64,000 nt of DNA from Leucoraja erinacea. Its lineage: Eukaryota. Shown piece after piece: positions 1 through 13,535 of the stretch. The translations under genes and the position numbers were made by a program. Position 1 is the first letter of the stretch, and every line of letters starts with the position of its first letter. The stretch spans positions 11,656,001 through 11,720,000 of the forward strand of contig NC_073394.1 of NCBI RefSeq assembly GCF_028641065.1. The letters run 5' to 3'. The notes under the pieces are model-generated. The model did not search any database. It was not told where the DNA came from and saw only the letters and a list, made by a program, of their open reading frames with translations.

Positions 1-139
1 TAAAAAAAATTAAAAGTATAGAGAACTTTCTGTAAGGCAGCCAAGGAAAATATGGGTCGCAGCTGAATGCATATAGGTGGCATTCAGAAAAACTGAAGAC
101 ACATGACTGGGATAGAGTGATTCCGTTACGAGGAGAGAC

Positions 140-560
140 TGGAGGCCGTCTATTTTGGCTAGAGCGTAGGAGGTTAAGAGGGGACATTATGAAATTATGA
201 AAGGTGTAGATGGGGGAGTAGTAAAACTAGAGGACATAATTTAGATTGAGGACCAAGAGATTTAGAGCAAGGGGCAAGAGATTTAGAAGCAAACTGATGA
301 GAAAAAACATTTTTCACACAGAGAGTGGTGAATCTCTGGAATTCTCTGCCACAGAAGGTAGTTGAGGCCAGTTCATTGGCTATATTTAAGAGGGTTAGAT
401 GTGGCCCTTGTGGCTAAAGGGATCAGGGGGTATCGAGAAAAGGCAGGTACAGGATACTAAGATGGATGATCAGCCATGATCATATTGAATGACGGTGCAG
501 GCTCGAAGGGCCGAATGGCCTACTCCTGCACCTATTTTCTATGTTTCTATGTTTCTATGA
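140..560 (+). mobile_element. CR1/HER1-type LINE 3' fragments
   Basis: Typical 3' end ...gaatctctggaattctctgcc...ggctcgaagggccgaatggcctactcctgc with a (TTTCTATG)n tail. Confidence 0.8.
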
Positions 561-788
561 GAGGGATCTGTTTCAGCTAGAGAATGGCAAGTACCTGGAA
601 GGGACTGAGAGTGATGGAAGGTTAGTAGATGGAAGTGTGTAGACAAAAATGCGAATAGTCTCAGCATCGAAGGCTATGGGCCAAGTGTTGGAATTAATAC
701 AGATGGGTTCTCACTGGTCAGCAAGGATGTGATGCATTGAAATGGCCTGTTTCCATACAATGACTATGAAGGTACTATCAGAAAGTGC

Positions 789-791
<3 letters not shown>

Positions 792-823
<32 letters not shown>
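792..823 (+). repeat. (GA)n microsatellite
   Basis: Direct reading. Confidence 0.95.
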
Positions 824-829
<6 letters not shown>

Positions 830-2129
830 AAATAAACAGGCATCAAATAAAACAAAATGCAGCGATGGTTTGTAGAAACCAGGAACTGTATTACAAAAAA
901 GAACAGTGCTGGAGTAACTCAGCGTGTCAGACAGCATTTGGTGGTTTGACAGACAGCGAAAAGGCTAAGTGGGTGTTGCTCAGGGTGGGCACATGGAACT
1001 TTCTGATGTCTTACAAAAAGACCTTTGGTAAACAGCAAGCACTGCAGATGAGGAAAATCCTGTCACCTGATAGAAATCAGAGAGCAGCAGAGTGCAAGTT
1101 ACTTCGGGGCAATGAGCAGATTAAAAGACAAGGCATAAAGTGGCAGATACAACTTTAGTGTAAATTAAAGTTAATAGATTTGTGAGTAGCTCTCAGCAAC
1201 CCAGTGCACTATCAATAGTTCAACGACATGCCTGGACACAAGGATTCACCACTCAGGCCCAGACAATACAAGATTAGCCCTGAATATGGAAGATTACAAG
1301 GTGATCCAATTTATAAAGTGATCCGATTAAAATATAAATTACCACTAAAAGGATGCGATAGGATATAAGCTATTCTTTCTGGCAGAGGAATCCAAAACAA
1401 CAGGGCATTGCATTAAAATGAGAGATTGGCCCCTTCGAGGGCAATGCCAAATTCCATTTCTCAAAGGGCAGTGGAGCGCTCTATTCCAACCCCATACCCT
1501 CCAGACCTACGGGAAATTGAAAGATTAACAAAGTTTGATTAAACCAAAGTTATCAAGGATAATGAAACATAAAGTAGAAAAATTGAATTAAGGTTCACAT
1601 CACCTCCATTCCCTGCATATACATAATCAAACTAACTGAACCCGTGAGTATTGTCCTGTGATTAAATGGTCTTACATGAGCAAAAAATGACAAAATGCTG
1701 GAGTAACTCAGCGGGTCAGCTCTGGAGAAAATGAATAGGTGATTTTGAGTCGATACCAGTCTGCAGACTGAGCAGTTTGGAAAGCCAACCAACTCCCTGT
1801 TTGGCAGTGCAATAGTATTAAGCCTGGCTCAATTCCAAACCCAGGGACCAAAAATCAAAGGCACCTGTGTATCTCCACTGTGCAGCCGATGAGGTTGTTA
1901 TGAGCCGCTGAGGTTCACATTTTGTCTCCTATAACCAGTTAGCAAGTTAGATAAGGTAGAATGGGCACAGCTGAACAAACAATCTTTGAAAGAAAACTTG
2001 ATTATACTTTTTGAGTTTTTGGCCGTTCAAAAATGTTGAAAAAGACTAATCAATTGACAACGGGAAGAAGGCTCACACAAACAAAGGCATCTAGTGTTTG
2101 TGCACCTCAATATTAATTGCTGCAGATGT

Positions 2130-2450
2130 TCAAGTCAAAGTGCTGATCCAGACCACACACTCAAGTGCTGGATGAAGGGAGTGTTATATCAGCAGAGGTG
2201 TTGACTTTAAATGTCGTTCACAAAAGACCCTGGCCGCCTCTCAAGGTCACTTTTGAAAAAGAATAAGTAGTTGGACGCAATATCGGAAACTAACATTTAT
2301 TCCAAATATATTATTCCGGTCAGCATCACATAATGGCAGTTGAGAGTCGTACCTTTTGACTGACTACAATTCACAAGTGCTTCATTGGCTGTGACGCACT
2401 AGATAAAACCGAAGGCAAAAAAAGTTGTTGAAATGTTTGTCTTTTCCTGC
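2130..2450 (+). mobile_element. Degenerate Deu-domain SINE (SacSINE1/AmnSINE1-like) relic
   Basis: Similarity by eye to the Deu core (...gagggagtg...ggcac..ttgaagaagag...cattggctgtga.gcac). Confidence 0.45.
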
Positions 2451-4493
2451 ATTCAACATTGCATCAGCTGCAGTTGATGTTCAGACATGTTTATAATCAA
2501 ACAACATATCCCATTCTCTAATACGACTTGTGCAACAGTAAACTTCAACTCGGTCTCATTTTATAGCATTCCTTGCCCATGCAAGAACGAAAGCGTAGGA
2601 AAATATTTCTATTCCAGAACGGAGCACAAAAATCTAGACTGACATGATCCATATCCATACACCTATATAAAAGCCTCTTAATAGCCACTGTCGTATCTGC
2701 TTCCTCCGCCATCCGTAGCAGCGCGTTCCACATACCTACCACTCTTGCCCCACACATCTCCTTTAAACCTTCCCTCTCTGACTGTTAAGCTATAGCCTCT
2801 AGTTGATATGTTACACCAAGATCAGAACACCCTTTCAGGAGATGCAAATGATCACACAGCACTATTTAAAAAAAAAGAATGGTATCATGATCAACACTTA
2901 TCCCTCAACTGACACATTTTGAAGAATCTACTTGTGGGAATTTGCACTATAAAATATGTTGACTATATTATCTTCCAGTTTCATAAGCCATTACTCAGGT
3001 TCGAGGACAATTGTTTTCTGGCTGGTGAGGCTAATGTGGGGCCTTCAGACTCTGCCGCTAGTGGGGCAGGTGATGCTTCGTGAGGTGAGCAGGCACAGGC
3101 CTGGAAAGTTGACATTCCTGCTGTTGTTAAATCTGGCTTTGTGTGATCCCAACAAATAGACAATTTCCCATTGATATCTTCTCCATTTAGATTATCAATT
3201 CCTACTAGGCAGTGGGAATAGACACAAAATGCTGGAGTAACTCAGCAGGCCAGCAGCATCTCTGGAGAGAAGGAATGGGTGACATTTCAGGTCGATACCC
3301 TTCTTCGGACTGAGAGGTCAGGGGAAAGGGAAATGGCGATAGAGATAGTGAGCTGCCACACTTTGTTAAAGGAGGCTTCATGAACATCAAATCTTTTATA
3401 ATGCCATTGCCACGTAAAACATGTTTCAAGAATTGTAATGTGCTATAAAATATTCAGAAAAGGTTATGAAAGGTGTTTATAGAAATGCAAAACTTTTTTT
3501 TGTAAAACCATTTTGGAGACCCAAGGAACTGCAGATACTAGAATCTTGGGCAAAACACAAAATGCTTTAGGAACTTAGCAGGTCAGGCAGCATCAATGGA
3601 GGAAATAGACAGGTGATGCATCGGATCAGGACCCTTCAGTCTAGTGTCATTTTGAGCCAGGAGCCTTCTTCAGACTACTGAAGGACAGTCCCGACCCAAA
3701 TGAAAGGTCTCGACCCAAAACACCACCCATTCCTTCTCTCCAGCGCTGCTGCCTGCCCCGCTGAGTTACTCTCGCATTTTGTGTCTATCTATGGTTTAAA
3801 CCAGCATCTGCAGTACCCTCATTCACATCCTGACCCACACCGATCCATTCCCTCCACAGATGCTGCCTGACCTGCTGAGGTTTTTCCATTTTGCACTTGT
3901 TTTTCAGAAGCTATGCCTAAAAATGGTTTGTTGCTCCAGATTCCAGCATCTGCAGTCTCTTGGGTCTCCTAAAAAATCTCTATGGGTCTGGGGATGTTCC
4001 ACTGAGACACTAGCAACTATGCACAATTCATTGCATTAACTTTCTAGCAGTGAATTGCCTTAATCTGATTAACTCCTTTTTATGCCAAGAGAAAAATTGC
4101 GCTCAATTTGACTTGCACACTCCTGTAAGCTTATTGAGTTTCATCTTTTTAATCCTTTTTGGGCTTATTCCGACGAAAAGAAACAATAAAGGCCTCTATT
4201 CCGCTGTTTGCCAATACATCAACACAGAAATACTTTCAACTGAATTGGTCTGCTGAATCAGGCCAGATGAAACTAGCCAATGAGCTCTGAGGGATGCTGG
4301 TTCAAGTGGAGCACAGGGATAACATCACCAGAGGCAATGCAGCAGCAGAATTGTCGTCCTTTGGAAGGGACATTAAACAGGGGTTCTCAACAATTGTGGC
4401 AGCTGGATGCAAAGATGCTACTACACCTTTTTAGGGATGAGCAGGGAAGTCTCCCTCATTGTCTTGCAGCAGATATTATTAAATAGGAGCAGC

Positions 4494-4812
4494 ATTGTGG
4501 AGTAGGTGATAGAGCCGCTACCTCTCAGCGCCAAAGACCCGAGTTCAATCCTGAACTCGGGGTGCTGGCTGTGTGGAGTTTGCACGTTCACCCTGTGATC
4601 GCACTGGTTTCCCTCTACATCACCAAGACATACGGGTTGGTAGGTTAAGTGGCCGTTGTAAATTGCCCCTTGTGTAGATGAGTGGCAGAATCTGGGGGGC
4701 ATTGATAACAATATGAAAGGAATAAAGTTGGATTCCGTTATTTGTAGGATTAGTGTGAATGGGTGGTTGATGATCCGTGTGGACTCAGTGAGCCACAGGG
4801 CCTGTTTCCATG
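4494..4812 (+). mobile_element. HE1-type tRNA-derived SINE
   Basis: tRNA-like head (gtggagtaggt...gagttcaatcc), gtgtggagtttgcacgtt core, CR1-like tail gggcctgtttcc. Confidence 0.75.
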
Positions 4813-4879
4813 CAATATCCCCCTACTTAAAGATAGCATTGTGATGATTGACCAGTTAATCTAGACGCGACTTTAAGCT

Positions 4880-5150
4880 TTAGAGATGCAGCACGGAAAC
4901 AGGTCCTTTGGCCCATAGAGTCTGCACCGACCATCGATCACCCCGTACACTGGCATTATCCTACACATTAGGAACAATTCTACCAAAGCCAATTAACCTA
5001 TAAACCTATACATCTTTGGGGTGTGGGAGGAAATCAGACCAACCCACGCAGTCACAGGGAGAAAGTTCAACATCCTTACAGACATCACCATTTGTCAGGA
5101 TCGAACCTAGAACTCTGGCGCAACAACTTTACCACTGCGCTACTGTGCTG
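4880..5150 (-). mobile_element. HE1-type SINE, reverse orientation
   Basis: Reverse complement of the same SINE family. Confidence 0.7.
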
Positions 5151-5749
5151 CCTGTGATTTGTGATCATTTTCCACCTGGATTTCCTAAAGTAAAACAGAA
5201 CATGGACCATACATACGCAAGCTGCTTAGAAATGGCCAGAATGCAATATTATTCCAAGTGTATTTTGCCACCCCAACCAAAATATTTGATCCTGGCCACT
5301 TTCATTAATGTTAATTTTTGTTGGACTGCTCTCCTGCAATATTTTATAGGTTAAAAGCCATAAAATAATTTTAAACTTTCAGCAAAAGAAAAAAAGCTGA
5401 TAATGCTCAAAGCAGCAATAACTCTCCTGGGATAAATCCTTACTGGCCTATCCATAGTAGTGCAGCAATTAGCGATGTTGCCTCATAGCACGTGTTGTAC
5501 GGCATGTAAACTGGGCTCTCGGCCCAACTCGTCCGTATTAACAAAGATGCACATCTATGCTAATTCCATTTTCCAGCATGTAGCCGATATCCTTCTATTC
5601 CTTTCCTACCCATGTACTTGTTTATATGCTTTTTTTTTTAAACGTTGTAATTGAATCGGCCTTGACTGCCTCTTCGCACCTTGTTTTTTATAGCCACCTG
5701 GCCCTCAGATCTCCTTTAAATATGTCTTCTCACCTTAAATCTATGCCTT

Positions 5750-6910
5750 TTGTGTTCCAGGGAGGCCATCCCAGAAGGCACGTAAGTGAGGATGCTCTTC
5801 ATTGACTATAGCTCTGCATTCAATACGGTCATCCTCACCAAGCTCACCACCAAATTCCACCAGCTAGGCCTCAGCTCGCCGATATGTGATTGGATCCTGA
5901 ACTTTCTGACAGAGCGACCGTAGGCAGTGAGACTGGGCCCTCACCTGTCCTCCACTATCACCCCGAGCACTGGCACACCACAGGGCTGTGTACTAAGCCC
6001 CATGCTCCACTCCCTCTTCACTCAAGACTGTGTTCCTGCATTCGACACCAACACCATCGTGAAGTTTGCAGATGACACAACAGTGATTGGGCTGATCACC
6101 AACGGTGATGAAACAAAATACAGAGCGGAGGTGCAGAACCTGGCGGACTGGTGCACACGTAACAACTTGTCACTAAACACCTCCAAGACCAAGGAGCTGA
6201 TTATTGACTTCAGGAGGTCCCATAATGGAGAATACGCCCCAATCTCCATTTACAGGGAAAGTGTGGAGAGAGTGTCCAGCTTTAAGTTTCTGGGCACTCA
6301 CATTTCAGAGGACCTCACATGGTCCACCAACACCGCTGCGCTGGTCAAGAAGGCACAGCAACGACTGTTCTTCCTGAGGACATTAAAAAAGACTGGTCTG
6401 CCCCAACAGCTGCTGACAACGTTCTACTGCTGCACCGCAGAGGGCATATTAACGTATGGCATCTCTGTGTGGTATCTCAGCTGCACGGAGGCGGAGAGAA
6501 GAGCTCTTCAGCGCGTCGTCCACAGAGCGCAGAGGATTATTGGGACACAGCTACCAGCCTTGGAGGGCATCTACCACACACGGTGCCTCAGGAAGGCCGT
6601 CAGCATCCATAAAGACTCCTCACACCCTTGTAACGGACTGTTCAAACTACTTCCCTCCGGCAGACGTTACAAGGCCTTCTACGCCCGAACCTCCAGACTC
6701 AGAAACAGCTTTATTCCCAGAGCTATAGCGGCTCTGAACCGGCCCTGCTGAGTGCCCCCCATCCCCCCTGGACTGTCTCCCTCGGATGGTCACGTCACAC
6801 AGCTTATTTATTTATTTTACTTTTCTTTTACATCGGTTGGAAGCTGCATACTAAATCTCGTTGCACTAATGTGCAATGACAATAAAATATATTATTATTA
6901 TTATTATTAA
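5750..6910 (+). mobile_element. Rex1/Babar-clade LINE, 5'-truncated; RT C-terminal ORF 5927-6751 with (TAT)n tail
   Basis: Motifs [54 protein letters not shown]; AATAAA and (TAT)n at ~6881-6910. Confidence 0.92.
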
Positions 6911-7145
6911 TATCCAATCTCTCATTGTAACCACAGCCCTCCATTCATAACAACATCCTGGTAAACCACCTGCACTCTTTCTAGTATTCCAACATATTTT
7001 CTATAGTTCAGCAACCAGAACTGCACACTATACTCTGTGTGGCCTAACCAAGGCCTTTCAACATAATGTACCAGTGATTGAGTACAAGAGTATAATAGGA
7101 CCATTGCCCATGATGACAAACAATCTTTTCCCTGAAGATAGACAC

Positions 7146-7612
7146 AAAAGAGTGCAGCGTAGGTTAACAATTCCTGGGATGGCGGGACTGTCATATGCTG
7201 TGAGAATGGAGCGGCTGGGCCTGTATCCTCTGGAGTTTAGAAGGATGAGAGGGTATCTTATTGAAACATATAAGATTATTAAGCGTTTGGACATGCTTGA
7301 GGCAGGAAACATGTTCCCGATGTTGGGGGAGTCCAGAACCAGGGGCCACTGTTTAAAAAATAGGGGTAAGCCAGTTAGAACAGAGATGAGGAAACACTTT
7401 TTCAGAGTTGTGAGTCTGTGGAATTCTCTGCCTCAGAGAGCGGTGGAGGCCGGTTCTCTGGATACTTTCAAGAGAGAGCTAGATAGGCTCTTGTAGATAG
7501 CGGAGAGAAGGCAGGAGCGGGGTACTGATTGGGGATGATCAGCCATGATCACATTGAACTTTCGGTGCTGGCTCAATGGACCGAATGGCCTACTCCTGCA
7601 CCTATTGCCTAT
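7146..7612 (+). mobile_element. CR1/HER1 LINE 3' fragment
   Basis: Translation RVQRRLT..GLSY..RLGLYPLEFRRMRG.LIETYKI...LWNSLP; conserved 3' tail. Confidence 0.88.
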
Positions 7613-8805
7613 AAAATGCTGGAGCAACTCAGCAGGACAGGCAGTATCTCTGGAGAGATGGAATGGGTGACGTTTCAGGTAGAGAATCTTCTTCAGAGCC
7701 CCTGCATTTCACTACCCAATCCACCAGTGACACCATTGTGAGGGAGCTAGCTACAAACTCATATCCCAAGGAACACCTGTACATCAAAGCACCTAAAGCC
7801 CCTGCCATATTATCCAGGGCTTTGTTACTGTGTGTGTAGTGTATTCTCATGTGGACTATCTCTGGATGCTTCAGTTTCACCCATATTCCAAAGACATGCT
7901 AATAGATTAATTGGCTCCTCTAGATTATGCTTTATGTGTAGCTAAGTGTCAAAAGAAAGAATGAGAGTTGATGGGTATAAGAGAGAAAATTGGATGGTTA
8001 AAGGGAAATAAACTGGCAGGGAGGCAAAATGGAATTCTTGAAATTGCTCTGTTGGGAGATTCATGAGGAATTTCAAAATATTTAGTCTATCACAACACTG
8101 CTGCTTTTCCAAGTTGCAATGTACCAATTTCGGTCTTGCAAGCCAACGTCACTGAAGCAGATAAACTGAATAAGACTTCGGTACCAGCCCAATTTCACCC
8201 AAAACACTCGGATTTTTTCATGCAACTTCAAGTACGCAACTGGGTCACCTGCCTGCAATATCAAAAATCAGTCAGATAGCCAACAGCTCTTTCTTCCCAA
8301 TAACCCTTTCTAGCTTAAGCCCTCACTTCACCACCTCCAGTTTAAATTCCATTTGGAATATTTTGGAGGACCAAGAAATCAAGCTACAATCAAAGTTACA
8401 CCAATGCAAATTTCAACTACAAGTAGTTAACGTTTAGTTCATGAACTACAGCCTAAGCCACTATTAAATCTTCAATTGTTTTATAAGAAAAGTAACATTG
8501 ATTGTATGTCAGACAACAGCTGTAAATGAGCTTGAGATGACACACAGTTGAAGGTGGCCATATGGCTTGCTGCCCTTCGAGAAATTGGTGAGCCCACATG
8601 CAGAGTTTGTGTGTGGAGTTCTGAACTTCCCATTTCTTTGCAATGGGTGTGAGGATCGGAAGATATTTCAACACCCCATTTTTAAGTTACAGAATTTCAT
8701 GTCCCACCATGTCTGTGCTGACCTTGATGCCAAGTTAAACTGCATACGAGCCTACACATGGGTCTATATTATTTAATTCCCTTCCTGCCTGTACCTGTCT
8801 ATATA

Positions 8806-9590
8806 CAGTGCATTCAGAAAGTATTCATGCCCCATCACTTTTCCCACATTTTGTTACTTTACAATAATTACTTTTCATTATTCTAAAATGAATTAAATTT
8901 TCTTTTTTTTTTAAATCATCAATCTACACACAATGCTCCATTATAAAAAAGCAAAAGCAGGTGTTTAGAAATTTTTGCAAAGTATTTAAAAATAACTGAA
9001 ATATCATATACATAGGTATTCAGACCCTTTACTCAGTACTTTGTTGCGGCACCATTGGCTGCAATTACAGCCTCAAGTCTTCTTGGGTATGACGCTACAA
9101 GCTTGACACACCTGTATTTGGGTCATTTCTCCCATTCTTCTCTGCAGATCCTCTCAAGCTCTGTCAGGTTGGATGGGGAACGTCAATGCACAGCTATTTT
9201 CAGGTCCCTTCAGAGATGTTTGATCGGGTTCAAGTCCGGGCTCTAGCTGGGCCACTCAAGGACATTCACAGACTTGTCACAAAGTCACTCCTGCGTTGTC
9301 TTGGCTGTGTGCTTAGGGTTGTTGCCTTGTTCGAAGGTGAACCTCCACCCCAGTCTGAGGTCCAGAACGCTCTGGAGCAGGTTTTCATCGAGGATCTCTT
9401 TATACTTTGCTCTGTTCATCTTTCCCTCGATCCTGACTAGTCTCCCAGTACCTGCCGCTGAAAAACATCCCCACAGCATGATGCTGCCACCACCATGCTT
9501 CACCGTAGGTTTGGTATTGGCCAGGTGATGAGCGTTGCCAGGTTTCCTCCAGACATGACGCTTGGCATTCAGGCCATAAAGTTCAATCTT
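8806..9590 (-). mobile_element. Tc1-like DNA transposon 3' half (defective transposase), IR/DR terminus at 8806
   Basis: TA|CAGTGCATTCAGAAAGTATTCA terminus; inner direct repeat gtattcagaccc at ~9016; minus-strand ORF with [16 protein letters not shown]...FEQGNNPKH. Confidence 0.88.
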
Positions 9591-10849
9591 TTTAATGCTG
9601 TTTATCAACATGAGGACTAAACGTTATGCAAATGAAAGTCAAATAAGCCATTATGAGACTGTAAAACAAGAATAAAACATCAACCAAACCTTAGGCTTAC
9701 CAAAATAAACTGTTTGGAACATCATTAAGAGGCAAGAGGGCACTGGTGAGCTTACTAATCACAAAGGGACTGGCAGGCCAAGGAAGACCTCCACAGCTGA
9801 TGACAAACACCTGTCCGACAGATCATAAAGATTCTTCAGGAGTCAGGTATGGATTTGTCAATCACCACTGTCCACAGAATACTTAATAAACAGAAATACA
9901 GAGGCTACATTGCAAGATGCAAACCACTGATCGCAAAAAAAGATGGCTAGGTTACAGCTTATCAAGAAGTACTTAAAAGAGCAACCACAGTTCTGGTAAA
10001 AGGTCTTGTGGACAGATGAGACGAAGATTAACTTATATATAGAGTGATGGCAAGAACAATGTATGGAGGAGAGAAGGAACTGCCCAAGATCCAAAGCATA
10101 CCACCTCATCTGTGAAACACGGTGGTGGGGGTGTTATGACCTGGGCATGTATGGCTGCTGATGGTACTGGCTCACTTATCTTCATTGATGATACAACTGC
10201 TGATGGTACTAGCATAATGAATTCTGAAGTGTATAGACACATCTTATCTGCTCAAGTTCAAACAAATGCCTCAAAGCTCATTGGCCGGCGGTTCATTCTA
10301 CAGCAAGACAATGATCCCAAACATAGTGCTAAAGCAACAAAGGAGTTTTTCAAGGTTAAAAAATGGTCAATTCTTGAGTGGCCAAGTCAATCACCTGATC
10401 TGAACCCAATTGAGCATGCCTTTTATAGGCTGAAGAGAAAACTGAAGTGGACTAGCCCACAAAACAAGCATAAGCTAAAGATGGCTGCAAGGCCTGGCAG
10501 AGCATCACCAGAGAAGACCAGCAACAGGCGATGTCCATGAATCGCAGAATTCAAGCAGTCATTGCATGCAAAGGATATGCAACAAAATACTAAACATGAC
10601 TACTTACATTTACATGACATTGCTGTGTATCAAACATTATGTGCCCTGAAGTTGGGGGACTATGTATAAACACTGTTGTAATTTGTACATGGTGAAACTA
10701 AAATGTATAAAAATGGCCTTTATTAAAATCTGACAATGTGCACTTTAACTACATGTGATTTTTTTTTCTATTACAAATCTCATATTGTGGAGTACAGAGG
10801 CAAATAAATAAATGATGGGTCTTTGTCCCAAACATTACGGAGGGCACTG
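9591..10849 (+). mobile_element. Second Tc1-like transposon (different family), 5'-deleted, frameshifted DD34E transposase
   Basis: WTDETKI, KHGGGGVMTWACMAA, QQDNDPKH, WPSQSPDLNPIEH; terminus ...GGAGGGCACTG|TA at 10849-10851; inner DR at ~10631. Confidence 0.9.
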
Positions 10850-11576
10850 TACATGAACTCTTCAATCCTTATCTTCTCCACATTGTTTCTTATTTTCTAC
10901 ATGATGCGTGACCTCATTCCTTACCAAAACGCAAATCCACGTTGGTAAATATTTCAATGCAGGCTCCAATTAAAAACACATATTGGGTGTTGAAGATCCA
11001 CACGGCTCTGCCTGCCCCTGCCCCTGCCCCTGCCCCCCCCCCCCAAGAAAAGAATCTCAACCTCTCCTTTATTCTCGATCAATATTTTTCAGTTTACCAA
11101 CAGAAAAGGAAGATTCATTATTCTCTCAAACTGAACAACTGCTCAGCTGTTTTTTTGTATAAATGTTGCTGCACTCCTGAAAAGCAATTCATTGTGTGAT
11201 GCACTTTATCCATATTGACAACACAAGCAGGCTCTGTATAAACACAAACCCTTCTTTCTCCTCTGTCAATATGAAGCCACTGCCCCAGCCTGTACCAGTG
11301 CCGCATTATCTTTCACATTTGTTTAGGAAAGTAATATTTTCATACCCACTACAAATAATTTCTATTTTTGTTTTAAACATCCATGATTTTGGAGAAAACC
11401 TTGCAAAAGACTCCAATAATGTCTTCAACTGCATCCCATTTGGTACATTACGCTACAAATTCCCAGCGCCGATGACTAAAGAGGAACAACCCAAGCTTCT
11501 GGATGACTAAGGAACATTCAGCTTGGTAGCCGACTAATTAACAAATTATCCACATCACGGATTTAACATAAATTAG

Positions 11577-11965
11577 GGTGGCACAGTTGGGCAAGTTGGT
11601 AGAGCTGCTACCACACAGCACCAGAGATCCAGGTTTGATCCTGATCTTGGGTGCTGTCTGTGTGGAGCTTGCACTTCTACCAGTGACTGAGTGGGTTTCA
11701 TCCAGATGCTCCGGTTTCCTCCCACATCCAAGGACATCTGGGTTGGTAGGCAAATTGGCCTCTAAGTTGCCCCCAGTATTCAGATAGTGGGTGAGAAGGT
11801 GGGATAGAATAGTGCTGGTGTGGGCGGTGATGGATGATTGACATGGACCGAGTAGGCCAAAGGGCCTCTTTCCATGCTGTATCGGCAAACTAAAATAGTG
11901 AGAATGAGTAATTGATGGTTGGCATGGACTCAACGGGCCACAGGACCTGTTTCCACGCTGTATCT
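11577..11965 (+). mobile_element. HE1-type SINE with duplicated tail
   Basis: tRNA-like head ggtggcacagttgg, conserved core and CR1-like 3' end. Confidence 0.75.
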
Positions 11966-12294
11966 TTCAGTCAAAATATCAGCTAAAATGCAAGGGGCCC
12001 ATGAATCTTTAATGAAGGGAACAGAATAAAAATTGGAAAGACCGACTATTGCGGGTGGACCAAAGCGGACAGACACAATGGGTCAAAGCTCCTGCTACTT
12101 ACTATGTTGAACAATTTCAAGAAAAGCTGCAATACGTGTAACTATTATAATATTTTTTTATGTAGACAAGGATCACTGAGATTGTGACAAAACAAGGCAA
12201 CTTGTCAAGTGAATGATTTGGGATTGGCACTGCTGTGAATTCCTTATTATTTTTTTAATTTTGTGTTTTAAAGTTACAGCATATAAATAATTGT

Positions 12295-12430
12295 TCAAGA
12301 GGGAACTGCAGATGCTGGAAGATCGAAGGTACACAAAATTGCTGGAGAAACTCAGCGGGTGCAGCAGCATCTATGGAGCGAAGGAAATAGGCGACGTTTC
12401 GGGCCGAAACCCTTCTTCAGACTGATGGGG
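12295..12430 (-). mobile_element. Penelope-derived terminal repeat with minimal hammerhead-ribozyme core
   Basis: Minus strand 12420-12393 reads CTGAAGA-A-GGGT-TTCG-GCCC-GAAA-CGTC. Confidence 0.65.
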
Positions 12431-13119
12431 CATACAGCGTATAAATAAGCCCTTTTAGTCCACGCCGACCACTAACCACCCGTTCACACTCGTTCGATGT
12501 TATCCCACCTTCTCATTAGAGGCAATTTACAGAAGCCAATTAACCTCCAAACTCTAATATCTTTTGGATGTGGGTAGAAGCTGGAGCACCTGGATAAAAC
12601 CCATACAGTCACAGGAAGAGCATGCAAACGAGAAGCAGATGGAACCCGCGTCTCTGGTCTGTGCCTCCCAAAGTTGGTGTTGTGGGTCACTTTGCTTTAT
12701 GCCACTGATACACTGGCTGGCGGGCCTACCAAACAACGCAATCACATTTGCGCGAGAACAAAACCATACATTAGCCCAGACTATAGTTTCCCTTCAAACC
12801 AAACCTTTGAACCCTGATAACTGCATACCAAATCACCATGTTACACTGAATTAAAATTCTCATCTTATCATGGCGGGATTTTCACTGGCTTACTTGGTCT
12901 AAAAACATTACCATTACCTGGACAAGTGTACAGTTCTGACATTAGAAGCACCATTGTTAAACAAACTTATCCGAACACATGGATAATTAAGATATCGGTC
13001 TCAAATAAAATAATTATATATTACTTAACTATAACCCTATAAACCCTCTTATCTAGATTAGAGATGTTGTTAAGTGTGATAAATAGCAGCTTACACTGAA
13101 CCACAATCTCTCTCTTGGT

Positions 13120-13535
13120 ATATTATTGTCATTTGTTTAGAGATACAGTGAAAGGCTTAGTTTTGCGTGCTATCCATATACAGGAATCCAATCATACTTA
13201 TACAAGTACATCAGGTAGTGCAAAAGGATAAAGGAAATAGAGTACAGAATATGGTGTTACACGTACAGAGAAGTTGCAGGTACAAAAAAAAAGTGTATGG
13301 GCTGCAACAGAAGATCAGGGGTACACCCTTGGCTTATGAAAAGTCTGTTCAAGAGTCGAATAACAGCAGGGAATAAGCTGTCTCCGAATCTGGTGGAATG
13401 TGCTTTCAAACCTGTATCTTCTGCCCACTGGGAGAGAGGAGAAGAGAGATTAACCAGGGTGTGAGTGGCCCTTAATTATGTTGGCTGCTTTCCTGAGGCA
13501 GCGTAAAGTGTAGATGGAATCCATGGTGGGGAAGT
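13120..13535 (-). mobile_element. Old Rex1/Babar-type LINE 3' fragment
   Basis: Minus-strand translation MDSIYTLRCLRKAANIIKGHSHPG. Confidence 0.7.

Noticed and set aside
742-1158. 138-aa ORF with an ER repeat
   Set aside because: Spans a (GA)n microsatellite and repeat fragments; no homology or splice support.
4494-4565. tRNA-like sequences at SINE heads (also 11577, 28160, 36125, 46112)
   Set aside because: Degenerate A/B boxes continuous with the SINE body; not functional tRNA genes.
8125-8252. Possible minus-strand exon (acceptor tttttgatattgcAG) of the left gene
   Set aside because: Translation AGDPVAYLKLHEKIRVFW... matches no protein I recognise, including FAR1, and the donor is weak.
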